The translations under genes were made by a program, and so were the position numbers. A stretch of DNA of 64,000 nt, taken from the NCBI GenBank assembly GCA_951406725.2, contig OX597821.1:54684001-54748000 (forward strand). The letters run 5' to 3'. The DNA is from Octopus vulgaris. Taxonomy: Eukaryota. Numbering within the stretch: position 1 is the stretch's first letter; each line of letters starts with the position of its first letter. A model generated the notes under the pieces. It worked only from the letters and a program-made list of their open reading frames with translations. It had not been told where the DNA came from and did no database searches. Positions 27,820 through 43,149 of this stretch are shown piece after piece.

Positions 27820-29349
27820 TATAATGATACTGTATGGCAAAGATGAGACACTAGTGAGTTTGTTGGTGAACATGGTCCACTGTTTTAGTACTGACATTAA
27901 AATGGAATTTGGACTCAAGAAGTGTGGAATAATCTACCTAAAAAGAAGCAAGGTACAGCCCCTAGCAGGGATAGAATTACTGAATAGCGACTTGATTAAA
28001 CAAATTGAAATGGAAGGATACAAATACTTTGGTGTACTAGAGTTCTACGAGATAATGGAAAAGGAAATGAAAGAGCAACTGAGGATGGAGTACTTCTGAA
28101 GACTGAGGTGTTGCACTCAAAATTGACTGGATGGAATAAAATCCAAGCAGTTGATATGTGGGTGATAGCATCTCTTTGGTATGGAGCAGGAATTATGAAA
28201 TGGCAAAAGATAGAAGTGAAGAAAATGGATACCAAGACCAGCAAAAATGTTGACAGTACATGGAGCTTTCTAACCTAAGAATGACACTGATAGGCTGTAC
28301 TTATCCAGAAGAAAGGATGAGAGAGGTTTGATCGGTTTCCAGGACTGTAGTGAAGCAGAGGAACACAGCTTAGGGTAGTATATAAAAAAAATGCTGTGGA
28401 GCCACTGTTAAAACACATGAAGAAGGTCAGCTTTATCAAAACTGAAGATTGTGTAACAAAAGAAAAATTTAAACAAGAAATGAAAAAAAAAAAGAAACGA
28501 AAAAGAATGGCAAAAAAGAAAATGTATGGTCAGTTTGAAAGAGATGTAAATGCCAAGACAGATACAGATGACCGGTGGCTTTGGATGAGGAGGAGTGACC
28601 TGAAAATAGAGACAGAAACACTCACATGTGCAGCTCAAGAACAAGCATTAAGAAGCAGCTATATGAAGTGCTGAATAGACAACACTACCAATAGTGACAA
28701 ATGCAGAGTGTATGGTGAGAGGGGTGAAATGGTATGGCACATCATTAGCAAATGCCAGAAATTGACACAAAGCAAATACAAAAGACGCCGTGACAATGTG
28801 ACAAGAATAATCCATTGGGAGTTCTGTGGAAATCACAACCTACAAAGAGCAAAGACAGAGTATGAGAAAACCCCAGAAGGAGTCACCAGAAATAAGAACT
28901 GCAAAATCCAGTGGGATGCAACGATCCAGTATGATGACCAAACCAGATATCAGAAAATCCGACATTGTTGTGGTGAAAAAAGAAGAAAGAACAGGTATGA
29001 TAATCAACATAGCATGCCCTGGTGATAACAGGATCAATGTGAAAGAAGAAGGAAAAATAAACAACTATGATGATTAGAAGTGAGAAAACAAAGGTTATGG
29101 TCAATGAAGAGAGTAGACATGATACCAATAGTAATTGGTGCACTTGGACGTATCAGCACTCAACTACCAGCATGGCTGAAAAAGACTGGTGCAAAATAGA
29201 AAACCAACAAAAATCAGCATTGCTTGGAACAGCAAGAATTCTTTGCAGGATTCTTGAAGCATGACCAGTAAACAAGTGTCACCATGGTGTTCTGGCTGTT
29301 GCCAGCTGACACTTTCCATTATAACCAGCAAAACAAGCTGAGAGTTTTC

Positions 29350-29352
<3 letters not shown>
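27820..29352 (+). mobile_element. 5'-truncated R4/Dong-like non-LTR retrotransposon (RT C-terminus, CCHC knuckle, REL endonuclease) ending in (TAA)n
   Basis: DIKMEFGLKKC, YKYFGVLE, CAAQEQAL, ERGEMVWHIISKC, RRDNVTRIIHW, RKSDIVVV..IINIACPGD..KEEGKINNY, KSALLGTARIL; followed by (AAT)n at 29353-29457. Confidence 0.9.
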
Positions 29353-29415
<63 letters not shown>

Positions 29416-29459
29416 TAATAATAATAATGATAATAATAATAATGATAATAATAATAATT

Positions 29460-30260
29460 GTTTCTTTATTCACCACAAGGGTCGAACACAAAACAAATAG
29501 GGACAATATAAAACTAGGGAAACGTGGGGTTTAACACAGAAATTGAGTAAACAATAAAATAACAAGGACATTTAACAATACACTTAAGCAATAAAATTCC
29601 CCAAAAGATCCTCACAGAGACAGCTGAGAAACCCTACACATCCTGGTTATCCCAACTGCCAGGTGCACCTCAGCAGGTGGCTTTCTCCTTTTCAACTCCT
29701 CCCAGTTCACAAGCAAAAGTTCGGAGTAGGCCCATTCAAATGGGCCATCCTTGTCACATTCAATCACCTTTCAAAAAAATCATGGGCGTGGCAGAACTCC
29801 CCTCTCCACCTTCACTACTTTCCTTTTTAAAAAGGAAAGTATCTGTCTTCAGTCCTTTCAACCTTGTCATAGCCACCAGATAGAGGAAAACTGCCTTTCC
29901 TTCCTGACAAAAGGAAAGTAATGGGGTGATCTTCACAATGGACTGGGATGATAACAGGATCTGTCCTACATGTCAATAGCTGTTCAAGAAAGCTCCACAA
30001 GTCAGTAATGCACAGACATTGGACAAGTGCATGTAGGACAGTTTCATCACCTTGCGCATACCTCAGACAGGTCTGTCTGATGGCACTTCTGTGTTTGTAG
30101 AGCTTGTCTCAAACTGGCAGAGCTCCCCAGTAGCACTGCCAGGCCAGGGATTTCTGGACATTATCCATAGGCCCCCAGCCTGAAAATCTCCTGGAAAAGA
30201 ATAGTTAACTGATCCCTCTTGATGCTCAGAGTTTCCCAAGGACATCGTTGCTCTTTCTTA
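29460..30260 (-). mobile_element. L1/Tx1-type LINE 3' fragment, tail-to-tail with the Dong-like element
   Basis: Minus strand reads CLRYAQGDETVLHALVQC..ITDLWSFLEQLL (C-terminal zinc-knuckle-like, about 29976-30071); 3' end AATAAAGAAA runs into (TTA)n. Confidence 0.65.
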
Positions 30261-30634
30261 CCACTCATCCCCAATAGAACTCCAGCATTTTACAATGATG
30301 ATTATAATGACATGATAAAAATAAAGATGACAATGATGACGATGATGATTTTCTCCTAACACAGCAGCACATTACCCTCAACTCTAGCTGAAAATTTCCT
30401 CTTCAGCAATATGCTGCTTTTGAAATTCCCATGCTGACCCAAATCAGATGGCTCAAGACCTCAGTAATGGCAATATATATATAGAAATAACCATGTAAAT
30501 AGAACTAATTAATCTCTTTGTTTTCTCCATAAAGACAGTCCTGTTTTTTGAAATGCTTAAATTTCTATATTGCAATTCGTTTCCCTCTCACTCACTTATC
30601 CTCTCTTAGTGATAATATTGTTGTGCTCCTCCTC

Positions 30635-30681
<47 letters not shown>

Positions 30682-30690
30682 TTCGTTTTC

Positions 30691-32452
<1,762 letters not shown>

Positions 32453-32546
32453 AAGGAGAAAGAGAAAGTATACACACACGCACACATACAAGCATAATAT
32501 CTGATATCGAGCTATCTAAGTAGCAATATACATATATGCACACACA

Positions 32547-32595
<49 letters not shown>

Positions 32596-34228
32596 ATGTG
32601 AGTGCAAGTGTCTTGAATGTTTGTTGTTGTTGTCGGTATTAGATAAATATTTCTAATGTTAAAGTATATTCTTACACACACACACACACACACCCACACC
32701 CACACACAGATACATTATTATGACATCCATTCCGCCATTCAGAATCCTCTGAATATATAAAGATAGCATGCACTTGCACACTCTTCATACACACATGCAC
32801 ACATATTTAATAAATGTATATGTTATAAAAACAACTTGTCACAAAATTTCCTGTAACTTGACTAGCTTTATCCAAATACAAACAGAAACACTTTCGTCAG
32901 AACTTTTCCAAAACAAGATTTTCTATAATCTACTTTAAGATTCCTTTAAAAAATTTTATTTTTGGTGAAGTGGTCATCATATTTCTCAGCAGTGTAATTC
33001 AATATTCTGCTTTTAGTTTGAAGAAAAGAAAGCAGCTGTTTTACTGAATAAATACAAAATTACATTTTTTAAATTTTTATAACTTTAAACATATTTTAGT
33101 GACTTTATATGATAAATCACAGATTCAGAGTTTTATCCTTAATGTCCCAAATTGTTTGAATTTACTTGAGGTATACATAGGTATGCACACAAAAAGTACA
33201 TAGAAATGTACACAAAAACGTGTGTATATTTATATACACACAGAGGAAAAATGTGGGAATAAAATAAACACAGAGTAGAACCAGACATGCATATGCACTT
33301 TCATGTAAGCACATGCAGGTATATATAGATGCACACAACTTACAAACATTATATTCAAATCCTAATTGAAATATTTCAGTAGTATTGATTCTGCAGTTAT
33401 ATTTCTTAAATCAAGCTCCTAATAAATTTTGTTTTTGATTCAGTGGTCATGATGATGTTTAGACTTTTGCTATTTAGTTCACCTGTGGCATGTGAGGGAC
33501 CAGATGCAGATGGTTATTTTTAGGAATAAATGAATTTAAGTGATAATTAAAACTAAACGGTATATACTTATCTCTGTTAGTGAAGATAATTTCAGCTATG
33601 CTTTATAGAATCTAGAACTAGGATTCAAATATCTGGGTTGATAATGGATAGGGAGCAATACATTGTAGTTGGAGGAGAAATAGAGGTGATATGAAAAGAT
33701 GGTGAGAAGAAGGAGAAAATTTTGAATGGTTGTAAATTGGGAAGGATGTGTGAACATGTGAATGAATATCTACATACATACTGGCTGATGTATATCTACA
33801 TAGGTTTAAGCATATCAGTAGACATACACTTACATTTAGACAAGTGTATATTCGTGCAAATATGCATATGTAAATTAACAGTGTAGAGGAAGGAGAACAA
33901 TTAAGCTGCTAACAACAGCAGAGAAATATATTTCAAAATTGGATTCCCTTAAATACTTACCCACTTTACCTACGCATATATGTGCAGACATTGACATGTA
34001 CTCTCATGTATGCACACACACACACACACACATCACATGCATATGCAGAAACTCAGATACTTCAAACAAGATCAAACAGCTAAATTCTTTAATGTGGAAG
34101 CAGCTGGTATTCTACAAACACACATGCCATTAATATAGTTTTTTGATTGAATTAGCTTGACACAATGTGATCAATATGATAAGGTTTGACATTTGAGTTA
34201 AAGGTATGAGAGAGAGAGAGGTAGATAG

Positions 34229-34259
<31 letters not shown>

Positions 34260-34526
34260 GAGTGAGAGAAAGTGAGAGATAGAGTGAGAGAAAGTGAGAG
34301 ATAGAGAGAGAGAGAGAGAGAGTGAGAGAAAGATATATATATATGTGTATATATATATATGTGTGTATATATATATGTATATATATATATATATTTAGAG
34401 AGAGAGAAAAGAATCGTTCCTTCAGTACTGGACTAACACAGAATTTATCATCCTTAGAGAGCCAGAATGACTCCTGCAAGGCAGTCTATCTAATACACAA
34501 ATACTGAGAATTACCCTTGTCCTTAA

Positions 34527-34747
34527 CGCTTCTGTTACTGCATTTCCTTTCGAATACAATACCTTTGTCTCAACTAATTTAAAGACTAATGAAGAATTTA
34601 TTAAAATACGTCTGTCATTTTTAAGCTGGTTTTGGAACATAAAGCCCCATTTGATTGTGATGGAAGTTTTTAATTTAAATCTCTTTAAAATAGAGAATTT
34701 GAATTATAAAGCTAGGAGTGGTCTCAAACAGGTTGATATGAAAAGGG
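34527..34747. mobile_element. Second copy of the TTAA piggyBac-type MITE, inverted relative to 13560-13776
   Basis: TTAA|CGCTTCTGTTAC...GAAAAGGG|TTAA; internal similarity to the first copy. Confidence 0.7.
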
Positions 34748-35401
34748 TTAAATGTGTAACGTTTTCTGCCTGTAAAAGCCTATTTGTTTATCTGCAAGCT
34801 TGGTTATGCTGTAATATGCTGAAGAGGTGAAATGGACCACCCACTGTTTTCTCTTACCAAAGAATTGAAATCAGAATGTCCTTTTCCTAAACATATAAAA
34901 TAACTTCAGAAATTAATTGTTAAATTCTGGAAATAATTTCACATGTTCTTTGAGAGTCACATAATTACCAAGTGTTTCTTCTACTAAAATGTGAAATTTC
35001 AGTCAATCAAGATTTTATGGTGGGTGCATGGATTCAATACATTATTTTTATGTGGTTGTGTGGTAAGAACTTTGCTTCTCAACCACATAGTTCCAGGTTC
35101 AGTCTCACAGAGTGGAACCTTGGGCAAATAAATGTGTGTGTTTGTGTGTGTGTATGTCTGTGTTTGTCCCCTTGCCATCACTTGACAATCGATGCTAGTG
35201 TGTTTATGCTCCTGTAACTTAGTGCTTCTGCAAAAAAGACTGATAGAAGTACAAGGTTTACACAGAATAAGTCCTGGGGGCGATTTCATCAACTTAAACC
35301 ATTTAAGGTGGTGCTCTAGCATGGCCACAGACAAATGACTGAAACAAGTAAAAGAATAAAAGAATGTTTGCATGTTATCTATGTGCACATGTGTTTCTTA
35401 A

Positions 35402-35452
<51 letters not shown>

Positions 35453-35531
35453 TCGGGGTGAGTACTTGATAATTATAAGCACCTGTGTATACCGTTTGGT
35501 GGTGTAGGTGGTGGAGTAAAAGCTGTTGTGC

Positions 35532-35609
35532 GCGGCTGAAGAAGGCCACAGACATACATTATGCATTGTTATAAATCTGTCTAATAAAGGCCCGAAACAT
35601 ATGTACCGC
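35532..35609 (+). ncRNA. Type I hammerhead ribozyme motif (Penelope/retrozyme-like) within an about 200-bp insert in (TA)n
   Basis: Stem I GCGG/CCGC, core CTGAAGA (35536-42), stem II GGCC/GGCC (35544-47 and 35589-92), GAAA (35594-97), palindromic stem III ACATATGT, predicted cleavage after GUA (35605). Confidence 0.65.
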
Positions 35610-35650
35610 TGAATCCTTTGCATCATGTTTTTATTTTATTTTGATCAATT

Positions 35651-35681
<31 letters not shown>

Positions 35682-36347
35682 GGCACAGGAGTGGCTGTGT
35701 GGTAAGTAGCTTGCTTACCAACTACATGGTTCCAGTTTCAAACCACTGCGTGGCACCTTGGGCAAGTGTCTTCTACTATAGCCTCGGGCCGACCAAAGCC
35801 TTTTGAGTGGATTTGGTAGATGGAAACTGAAAGAAGCCCGTCGTATATATGTATGTATATATATGTGTGTGTGTTTGTCCCCCCCAACATCGCTTGACAA
35901 CCGATGCTGGTGTGTTTACGTCGCTGTAACTTAGCGGTTCGGCAAAAGAGACCGATAGAATAAGTACTAGGCTTACAAAGAATAAGTCCTGGGGGTTTAT
36001 TTCCTCGACTAAAGGCAGTGCTCCATCATGGCCGCAGTCAAATGACTGAAACAAGTAAAAGAGTAAAAGAGTAAAAAAGAGTATATGATACACACACACA
36101 CACACATACACACATATGATATAGGCACAGATGCTTGCTTCCCTACCACATGGCTTTCGGGTTCAGCCTCACTGACTAAAGCCTTGTGAGTGGATTTGGT
36201 AGACTCAAACTGAAAGAAGCCTGTCGAATATATATCTGGTCTTGCCTCCATTAGAATTGTATCATTCTTAATGAGCTAAGGCCAGAATCCAGGCAATGTA
36301 CACCATTGTATTTCATCATTAATCAAAACTTCTTATATAAAAACACA

Positions 36348-36692
36348 ATGGCATCAAATAATGAGCTTGCATGTGTTTGTGTTGCATTAATTGTCGCTGA
36401 TGATCAAGTTACAGTCACTGCTGATAAAATCGCTATGATCTTAAAAGCAGCAGATGCATCAGTTGAACCTTATTGGCAATCTCTCTTTGTTCATGCTTTG
36501 GATGATGTGGACATCAAAGCAATATTTTCCAATGTAGGCAGTATGGCAGCTGCACCTGCTGGCAGAGCACCAACTGGTGGTTTTGCACCTGCTGGTGATG
36601 TAGCTGCTGTCCCTGCCAAAGAAGAAAAGAAAGAGATGAAAGAAGAATCAGAGGAGTCAAATGATGACATGGGCTTTGGTTAGTTTGACTGA
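36348..36692 (+). pseudogene. RPLP1: Processed pseudogene of 60S acidic ribosomal protein P1
   Basis: MASNNELACVCVALIVADDQVTVTADKI..LKAADASVEPYWQSLF..EEKKE..ESNDDMGFG*FD; intronless, TAG replaces Leu of the conserved GFGLFD end, A-rich tail at about 36743-36758. Confidence 0.9.
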
Positions 36693-37422
36693 GGAGCTTC
36701 ACAAGAGATTAATGAGGTGTAGATAAATGCTCTGCTTAATCAAGAAAAACTAAAAAAAGGTGCAGAAGTGGCTGTGTGGTAAGAAGCTTGCTTCCAACAA
36801 CATAGATCTGGGTTCAGTCCCACTGAGTGTACCTGAGTGCCTCAGGCCAACCAAAGCCTTGTGAGTGGATTTGGAAGACTGAAACTGAAAGAAGCTCGTC
36901 GTATATATATGCATGTATGTGTGTGTGTGTGTGTGTTCGTCCTCCCCACCATCACTTGACATCTGATGTTAGAGTGTTGCATATCTGTAATTTAGTGGTT
37001 TGGCAAAAGAGACCGATAGAATAAGTAGTAGAATAAGTAGAATATGTCTTGGGATTGATTTGTTCAATTAAAGGTAGTGTTCCAGCATGACCACAGTCAA
37101 ATGACTGAAACAAGTAGAAGAAATTATATATATATATACACACACATATATATATATACATATATGTATGTATATATCTGTGTATGTGTTTTTGTCTCTA
37201 TGTTTGTCCCTACACCACTGCTTGACAACTGGTGAGGTGTGTTTATGTCCCTGTACTTTTAGCAGTTTGGAATAAGAGACCAATAGAATAAGTACTAGGC
37301 TTAAGAAATATAAGTCCTTGGATCAATTTATTTGACTAAAACCCTTCAAGATGGTGCTCCAACATGACCACGGTCAAATGACTGAAGCAAATAAAAGACT
37401 AAAAGAATCATGCTTAATTTAC

Positions 37423-37570
37423 ACACACTGTTGATAGGCCAGTTACTGCAGCATTTATCCTGATATAACATCTCTTGTGAACTTGCTGTATTCAAAACAA
37501 TAAATATCAGAGCAAGAAGAAATTGTCTCTGAACAGTAGCCAGCAAGAATGCTAGATACATTTTCGCCAT
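37423..37570 (-). CDS. Candidate first coding exon of a secreted or membrane host protein (signal-peptide-like); exon 37423-37616
   Basis: Acceptor cactttttcctatag, AACATGG Kozak context, MAKMYLAFLLATVQRQFLLALIFIVLNTASS|QEMLYQDKCCSNWPINSV, phase-1 GTAAAT donor (weak). Confidence 0.35.
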
Positions 37571-37754
37571 GTTCTAATAGCCAACCACAAGCTCAGATGA
37601 CAATTTGTTATCTCAGCTATAGGAAAAAGTGAATAATACATTCACTAATGTGATTGGCCACCCAGTTGATTAGAAGTTCAATATACACAATTGTGGTAGT
37701 ATTTAAATAAAATAGCTAGCTATATATCATACTTAATGTATACACACTATCTAG

Positions 37755-38052
37755 TTTGTTCCTTCCCGAGCCATGCCAGGCTCATAAGGGCCGGTTTCTC
37801 AGTTTCCTTGGTGTATAGGTTCCCCACCTGGACGGGACACCGGTCCATTGCAGGTGAGCTGCAAGATGCAGGAGGAAAGAGTGAGAGAAAGTTGTGGCGA
37901 AAGAGTCAGCAGAAGTTCGCCATTACATTCTACCAGAGCCGCATGGAACTTAGGTGTTTCACTCATAAACACACACATTGCCCGGTTTGAGATTCGAACC
38001 CGCGATCCCTCGACCACGAGTCCGTCGCTCTAACCACTAGGCCATGTGCCTC
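37755..38052 (-). mobile_element. tRNA(Arg)-like-headed SINE (resembles octopus OR-type SINEs)
   Basis: Head ggaggcacaTGGCCTAGTGGttagagcgacggactcgtgg...GGTTCGAATCT with A and B boxes, followed by a non-tRNA body. Confidence 0.8.
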
Positions 38053-38259
38053 CACACACACATACACACTATCTAGAGGCTAGTTTCTGCTGTATATGAC
38101 CTAAAATAACATCTCTAGTGGACTTACTATGTTAAAAATATAATACGTGTCAAAGAGAGATAAAAAGATATCCAACCCAGTAGTATCCAGCAAGAGTGCC
38201 TGATGTATTTTAGCCTTGTATACTAGATTTCTCAACAGTTGTGCTGCTATTCACAATAT

Positions 38260-38530
38260 GAGTGAAAGTTTTTTCACTTTTTCCTATATCAGTGATGGTT
38301 CCCATCCAGTCATGTGACTGGCTGTGAGAACACATCATTGAAAAAAACCTCCTGATTTTCCTCTTACTCAGTTTCCTTTCACTTGGGTCCCTTTGCACTT
38401 CTTTACCCATCTGTGATGATGCTTCATATGCAAATCATGTGCAGACCAATGCAGTTTTTGTTCATGCTCATTACAGCTGATCCCTGCCATACCTAGTTTA
38501 TCTCTCAGCTCATTTGCACCAAGTATTTTA
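38260..38530 (-). mobile_element. RTE-clade LINE C-terminal fragment
   Basis: [28 protein letters not shown] resembles the RTE RLRWxGHVxRM region; RTE-like 3' tails (catcatcatttaacgtc) at about 20100-20215, 38810-38915 and 62900-63230. Confidence 0.55.
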
Positions 38531-38719
38531 TATGTGCATTCATTACACATATACATGTACATGCATGTGTGTGTGTATAAAGTATATATAAAGTATGTAC
38601 ATAATGATGTATAAATGACTTGGACACACATACATGCAGGTAAATACACACACCCATGCATACACACAAACGCATACATACATATATATATATACATACA
38701 TGCATATATATATATATAC

Positions 38720-38770
<51 letters not shown>

Positions 38771-38916
38771 TATACATATACATATATATACATATATATA
38801 TATATACATATGACTGGCCTGGTGCAGCCTTCGGGCTCCCCAGACCCCAGTTGAACCATCCAACCCATGCTAGCATGGAAAACGGACGCTAAATGATGAT
38901 GATGATGATGATGATG

Positions 38917-38965
<49 letters not shown>

Positions 38966-39007
38966 TATACATATACATGTATATATATACATGTATATAT
39001 ATATATA

Positions 39008-39061
<54 letters not shown>

Positions 39062-40072
39062 CATACATATATATATATACATATACATACATCCATATAT
39101 ATATTTATATATCAGTAGAGAGAAAGAGATGAGAAGACATATATATATATATTTATATATATATTTATATATATGTATGTATACATATATATACCTCTCT
39201 GTTTCTTCTCATCTCATATTATACACATATATATGCACACACATAAATGCTTTCCTTCTATATTCTCATTGAAACTTTATAGAAACCCAGAAAAATGTGT
39301 TCAAGAAATTTATGAAATGACAGGAATCCATTCGTTTGTCATGTCAACTTGGAAGTATTTCATAGTCTTGTGTAAATCTTCACTTTTAATGTTAATTTTT
39401 TTTTTTTTATTACTTGTACATCACTTGAAAATAAAAGTAACATTGGATAAACTTTATAATTTGTTTGTTGTGTTTATGGTTTTGAAATCTTGGAATTTTC
39501 TTGTTGAACAAGTAATATAAATTGATATTTTGACGATGTTGTTTCATTGCAAAACTTTATCAAGGAGATTGACTCCTTTAGATAAGTCAATATATTATAT
39601 ATATACTCTGAGCATGTGTGTGTCTCTATGTGTGGATGTGTGTGTGTGTGGGTGTGATAGCTGCAATGACAATGATTATGCAAACACTTACCATGCACAA
39701 TGAGGGTGTTTAATAATGGAAAGTTATCCTATTCTTGGTTTGAATAAAGACATTACCAACATAAGTTAAACACTCCTCCACAGAAAACTGAAACTTAGCA
39801 GCATCATTCCATTTCTCTCTCTCTCCGTCCCTCTCACACACATTCTCTCTCCCACCTCTATCTCTCTCTCTATATATATATATATACATAGATATATAGG
39901 AGTGGCTGTGTGGTAAGTAGCTTGCTTACCATCCACATGGTTCAGGGTTCAGTCCCACTGTGTGGCATCTTGCGTGAGTGTCTTCTACTATAGCTTTGGG
40001 CTGACCAAAGCCTTGTGAGTGGATTTGGTAGATAGTAAATGAAAGAAGTCCATCGTATATATATATACATAT

Positions 40073-40158
<86 letters not shown>

Positions 40159-41259
40159 ATGTATAAGTTTGTCCCTCCACCATCGCTTGACAACTGATGT
40201 TGGTGTGTTTACGTCCTCGAAGCTTAGTGGTTTGACAAAAGAGACCGATAGAAAAAGTACTAGACTTACAAAAAGATAAGTCCTGAGGTTGATTTGTTTG
40301 ACTAAAGGCAGTGCTCCAGCATGGCCACAGTCAAATGACTGAAACAAATAATAGAATATATTATATATATATATATATATATACATATATATAATCTCAT
40401 CAGATTATTGGGAGAAGAGCAATGCTTGTAGACAAAATCAAGATAGGTTCTTAATGTTAGGCTTTCATTGATCAACTCAGGTCACGTAGTATAAATACTG
40501 TGGAAGCAATACCACTTAGGTGTACAGCAAGCTGTACTATAGTGTATTCAGTGATATCAGTTCATTGTATTTAGTACCACACATGGTAGGGTGGAGTTTT
40601 GTCATTCAGTGAAGTATTAACACATTAGCAGCAGAAGTCTTTATGTGAGAGTATCTAGACCTCGGGGACCAAATAAGCAATGGAAGAAGCTGGTCTGAAA
40701 GTATATACAAAATCAGTTATGGTATCTAGATAAGTAGGAAGAGAGGGCAGTGTGGGGGAGGGATTGTAAATCACCATGCCACAATGGATTTGTTGGTACA
40801 TGTCATGATAAAATACCCAACTATATGCCTACATACACCTACATGCACACACAGTTATCTACAAACTTTCTTATAACTATCTACCCAATCATATATAAAA
40901 GCTTGCAAATATATAGGCACACACACACACACACACACATATACATATATGTGATAGATCGTTAGCCACTACACACATTTTTTCTCTCCTTTTTTTCTCT
41001 CCTTGTTTCTCTCCTTGTTTTTTTTCTGTGTCCCTTTCTGTAGAAAAGCGAAGGGTCAAAATGAAAAAGACTTTTTCTATTCCTGAGCGTTATACTAATA
41101 CATCTGTTTGTTTTGTACACCACCTGTTTTCGTAAACTCTCCCTATATATATATATATATATATATATATTTACACACACATCTGCACTTAATATTATAT
41201 ATAGAGAGATAGATACAGATATATGTGTGTGCGTGTATGCACCCCCAAACACCCACCCA

Positions 41260-41294
<35 letters not shown>

Positions 41295-41396
41295 TTCTAA
41301 ACACAAACCCACACGTTCACACACACTTGCTAAAACATATTGCCAACAGAGATTAGAATGTAAATATGGTGTTACATATACTCTAATGCACACGCT

Positions 41397-41427
<31 letters not shown>

Positions 41428-41896
41428 TCATTTCATACATTCATGTTTTGTAACCCAGAGAGCTTTACTACAAACATAAGGATTTTGAAACTCTATTGAA
41501 AACTATGATTGATAGCTGGAAGCCACAGAATCTGGCACAAAACACAGAATTCTTTGCTCTTTCTTTTTTATCTCAAAACTATTGAAAAAAAACTGATTTA
41601 AAAAAAACATTTTGTTCATTTTTACGATTTGGCACCACAACTAACATTTTTATTGTTATTCAAAAATCTTTCTAGATTTTATTTCTTTCTTACATTTTAT
41701 TTTTAACAGTTATCAATTTGCTCTAGATTAACATAGCCATTGAAAGAAAAAAGCTTCTTAATGGGAAAGAATGTATTGCTGCTGCTTATGACAATGGTGA
41801 TGGTGATGGTGAAGGTTGAAGCATTGATGCCAGAGAATTTTTATCATCATCAACATCTCCATCATTACCACTATCATCCTTCTCCTCATCCTCATC

Positions 41897-41929
<33 letters not shown>

Positions 41930-42432
41930 CCTTTCTACTGGAAGCACAAGGCCTGAAATTTGGGGCAAAGGGGGACAAGTTGATTACATCGACCCCAGTG
42001 TTTCACTGGTACTTAATTTATCAATTCTGAAAGGATGAAAGGGAAAGTCAACCTTGGCTGAATTTGAACTCAGAACGTAGAGGCAGATGAAACACTGCTG
42101 AACATTTTGCCCAGCGTGGTAACAATTCTACCAGCTCACCACCTTTCGATAATGATAATAATAATAATTTCAAATTTTTGCCACAAGGATAGCTTTGGGA
42201 AGGTGGGGATGAGTTGATTACATCGACCCCAGTATTCAACTAGTAATTATTTTATTGAACCTGAAAGGATGAAAGGCAAATTTGACCTTGGCGGAATTTG
42301 AACTCAGAACATAGCGACGGATGAAATACTGCTTGGCATTTCATCCAGTATGCTAATGATTCTGTCAGCTCATGTTTAGGTAAATCATCATCAACATCCT
42401 CATCATTACCACCATCCTCCTCCTTATGAATG

Positions 42433-42521
<89 letters not shown>

Positions 42522-43149
42522 AAGAATTCTGCTCAATACTTCAGATTCTTATGTGCATGTTTTATCCTGATATGACAGTTGGGCAACAGCAAATATTCTG
42601 CTCAACACCACAGATTTGCTTGACCATAACTAGTGAGCATGTCCCTTAGTGATTGATGATATGTGCATCTCTGATCACAAACAGAAATTGTGGAAGAGCA
42701 TCATAACCATGTGTGGAGAGGAATTCTTTGTGGTTTGAAAAATTCACCTCTGGAAAAATGGCTGCTTTGTTCATTATCCTTAAACAAACCTTATCGGGGA
42801 TCTTGTGAGTATGATGGGCTACTCAACCTGAAGAAAATTCTAACTAAGCCCCACCTGCAAGGTCATGCACAGTTTATCTTGACATGAGGTCACCATGTTG
42901 TGCACATATGACTGTGATGCATGTGCTTGGTGTACCCTTATCAGATGAGTAGCCATGCAAATTGGGCTTCATATATTTGTACCACAGTGAAACTTTGATG
43001 GCATGCATTACTCTTTCACTCAATAATAATAATAATCCCTTCTACTATAGGCACAAGGCCTGAAAATTTTGGGAAGGATGCTAGTTGATTATATCAAGCC
43101 CAATGCATAACTGGTACCTATTTCATTGACTCTGAAAGGATGAATGGTA

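Noticed and set aside
36306-36683. Functional RPLP1 gene
   Set aside because: Intronless, nonsense codon in the conserved C-terminal motif, poly(A) remnant; the ORF-track start at 36306 is a TTG upstream of the true ATG at 36348
37980-38052. tRNA-Arg gene (also at about 59550-59623)
   Set aside because: A and B boxes are present but it continues into a SINE body, and the acceptor stem is not convincing
39281-39355. Plus-strand exon NPEKCVQEIYEMTGIHSFVMSTW
   Set aside because: Weak donor (gtattt) and no recognisable protein similarity
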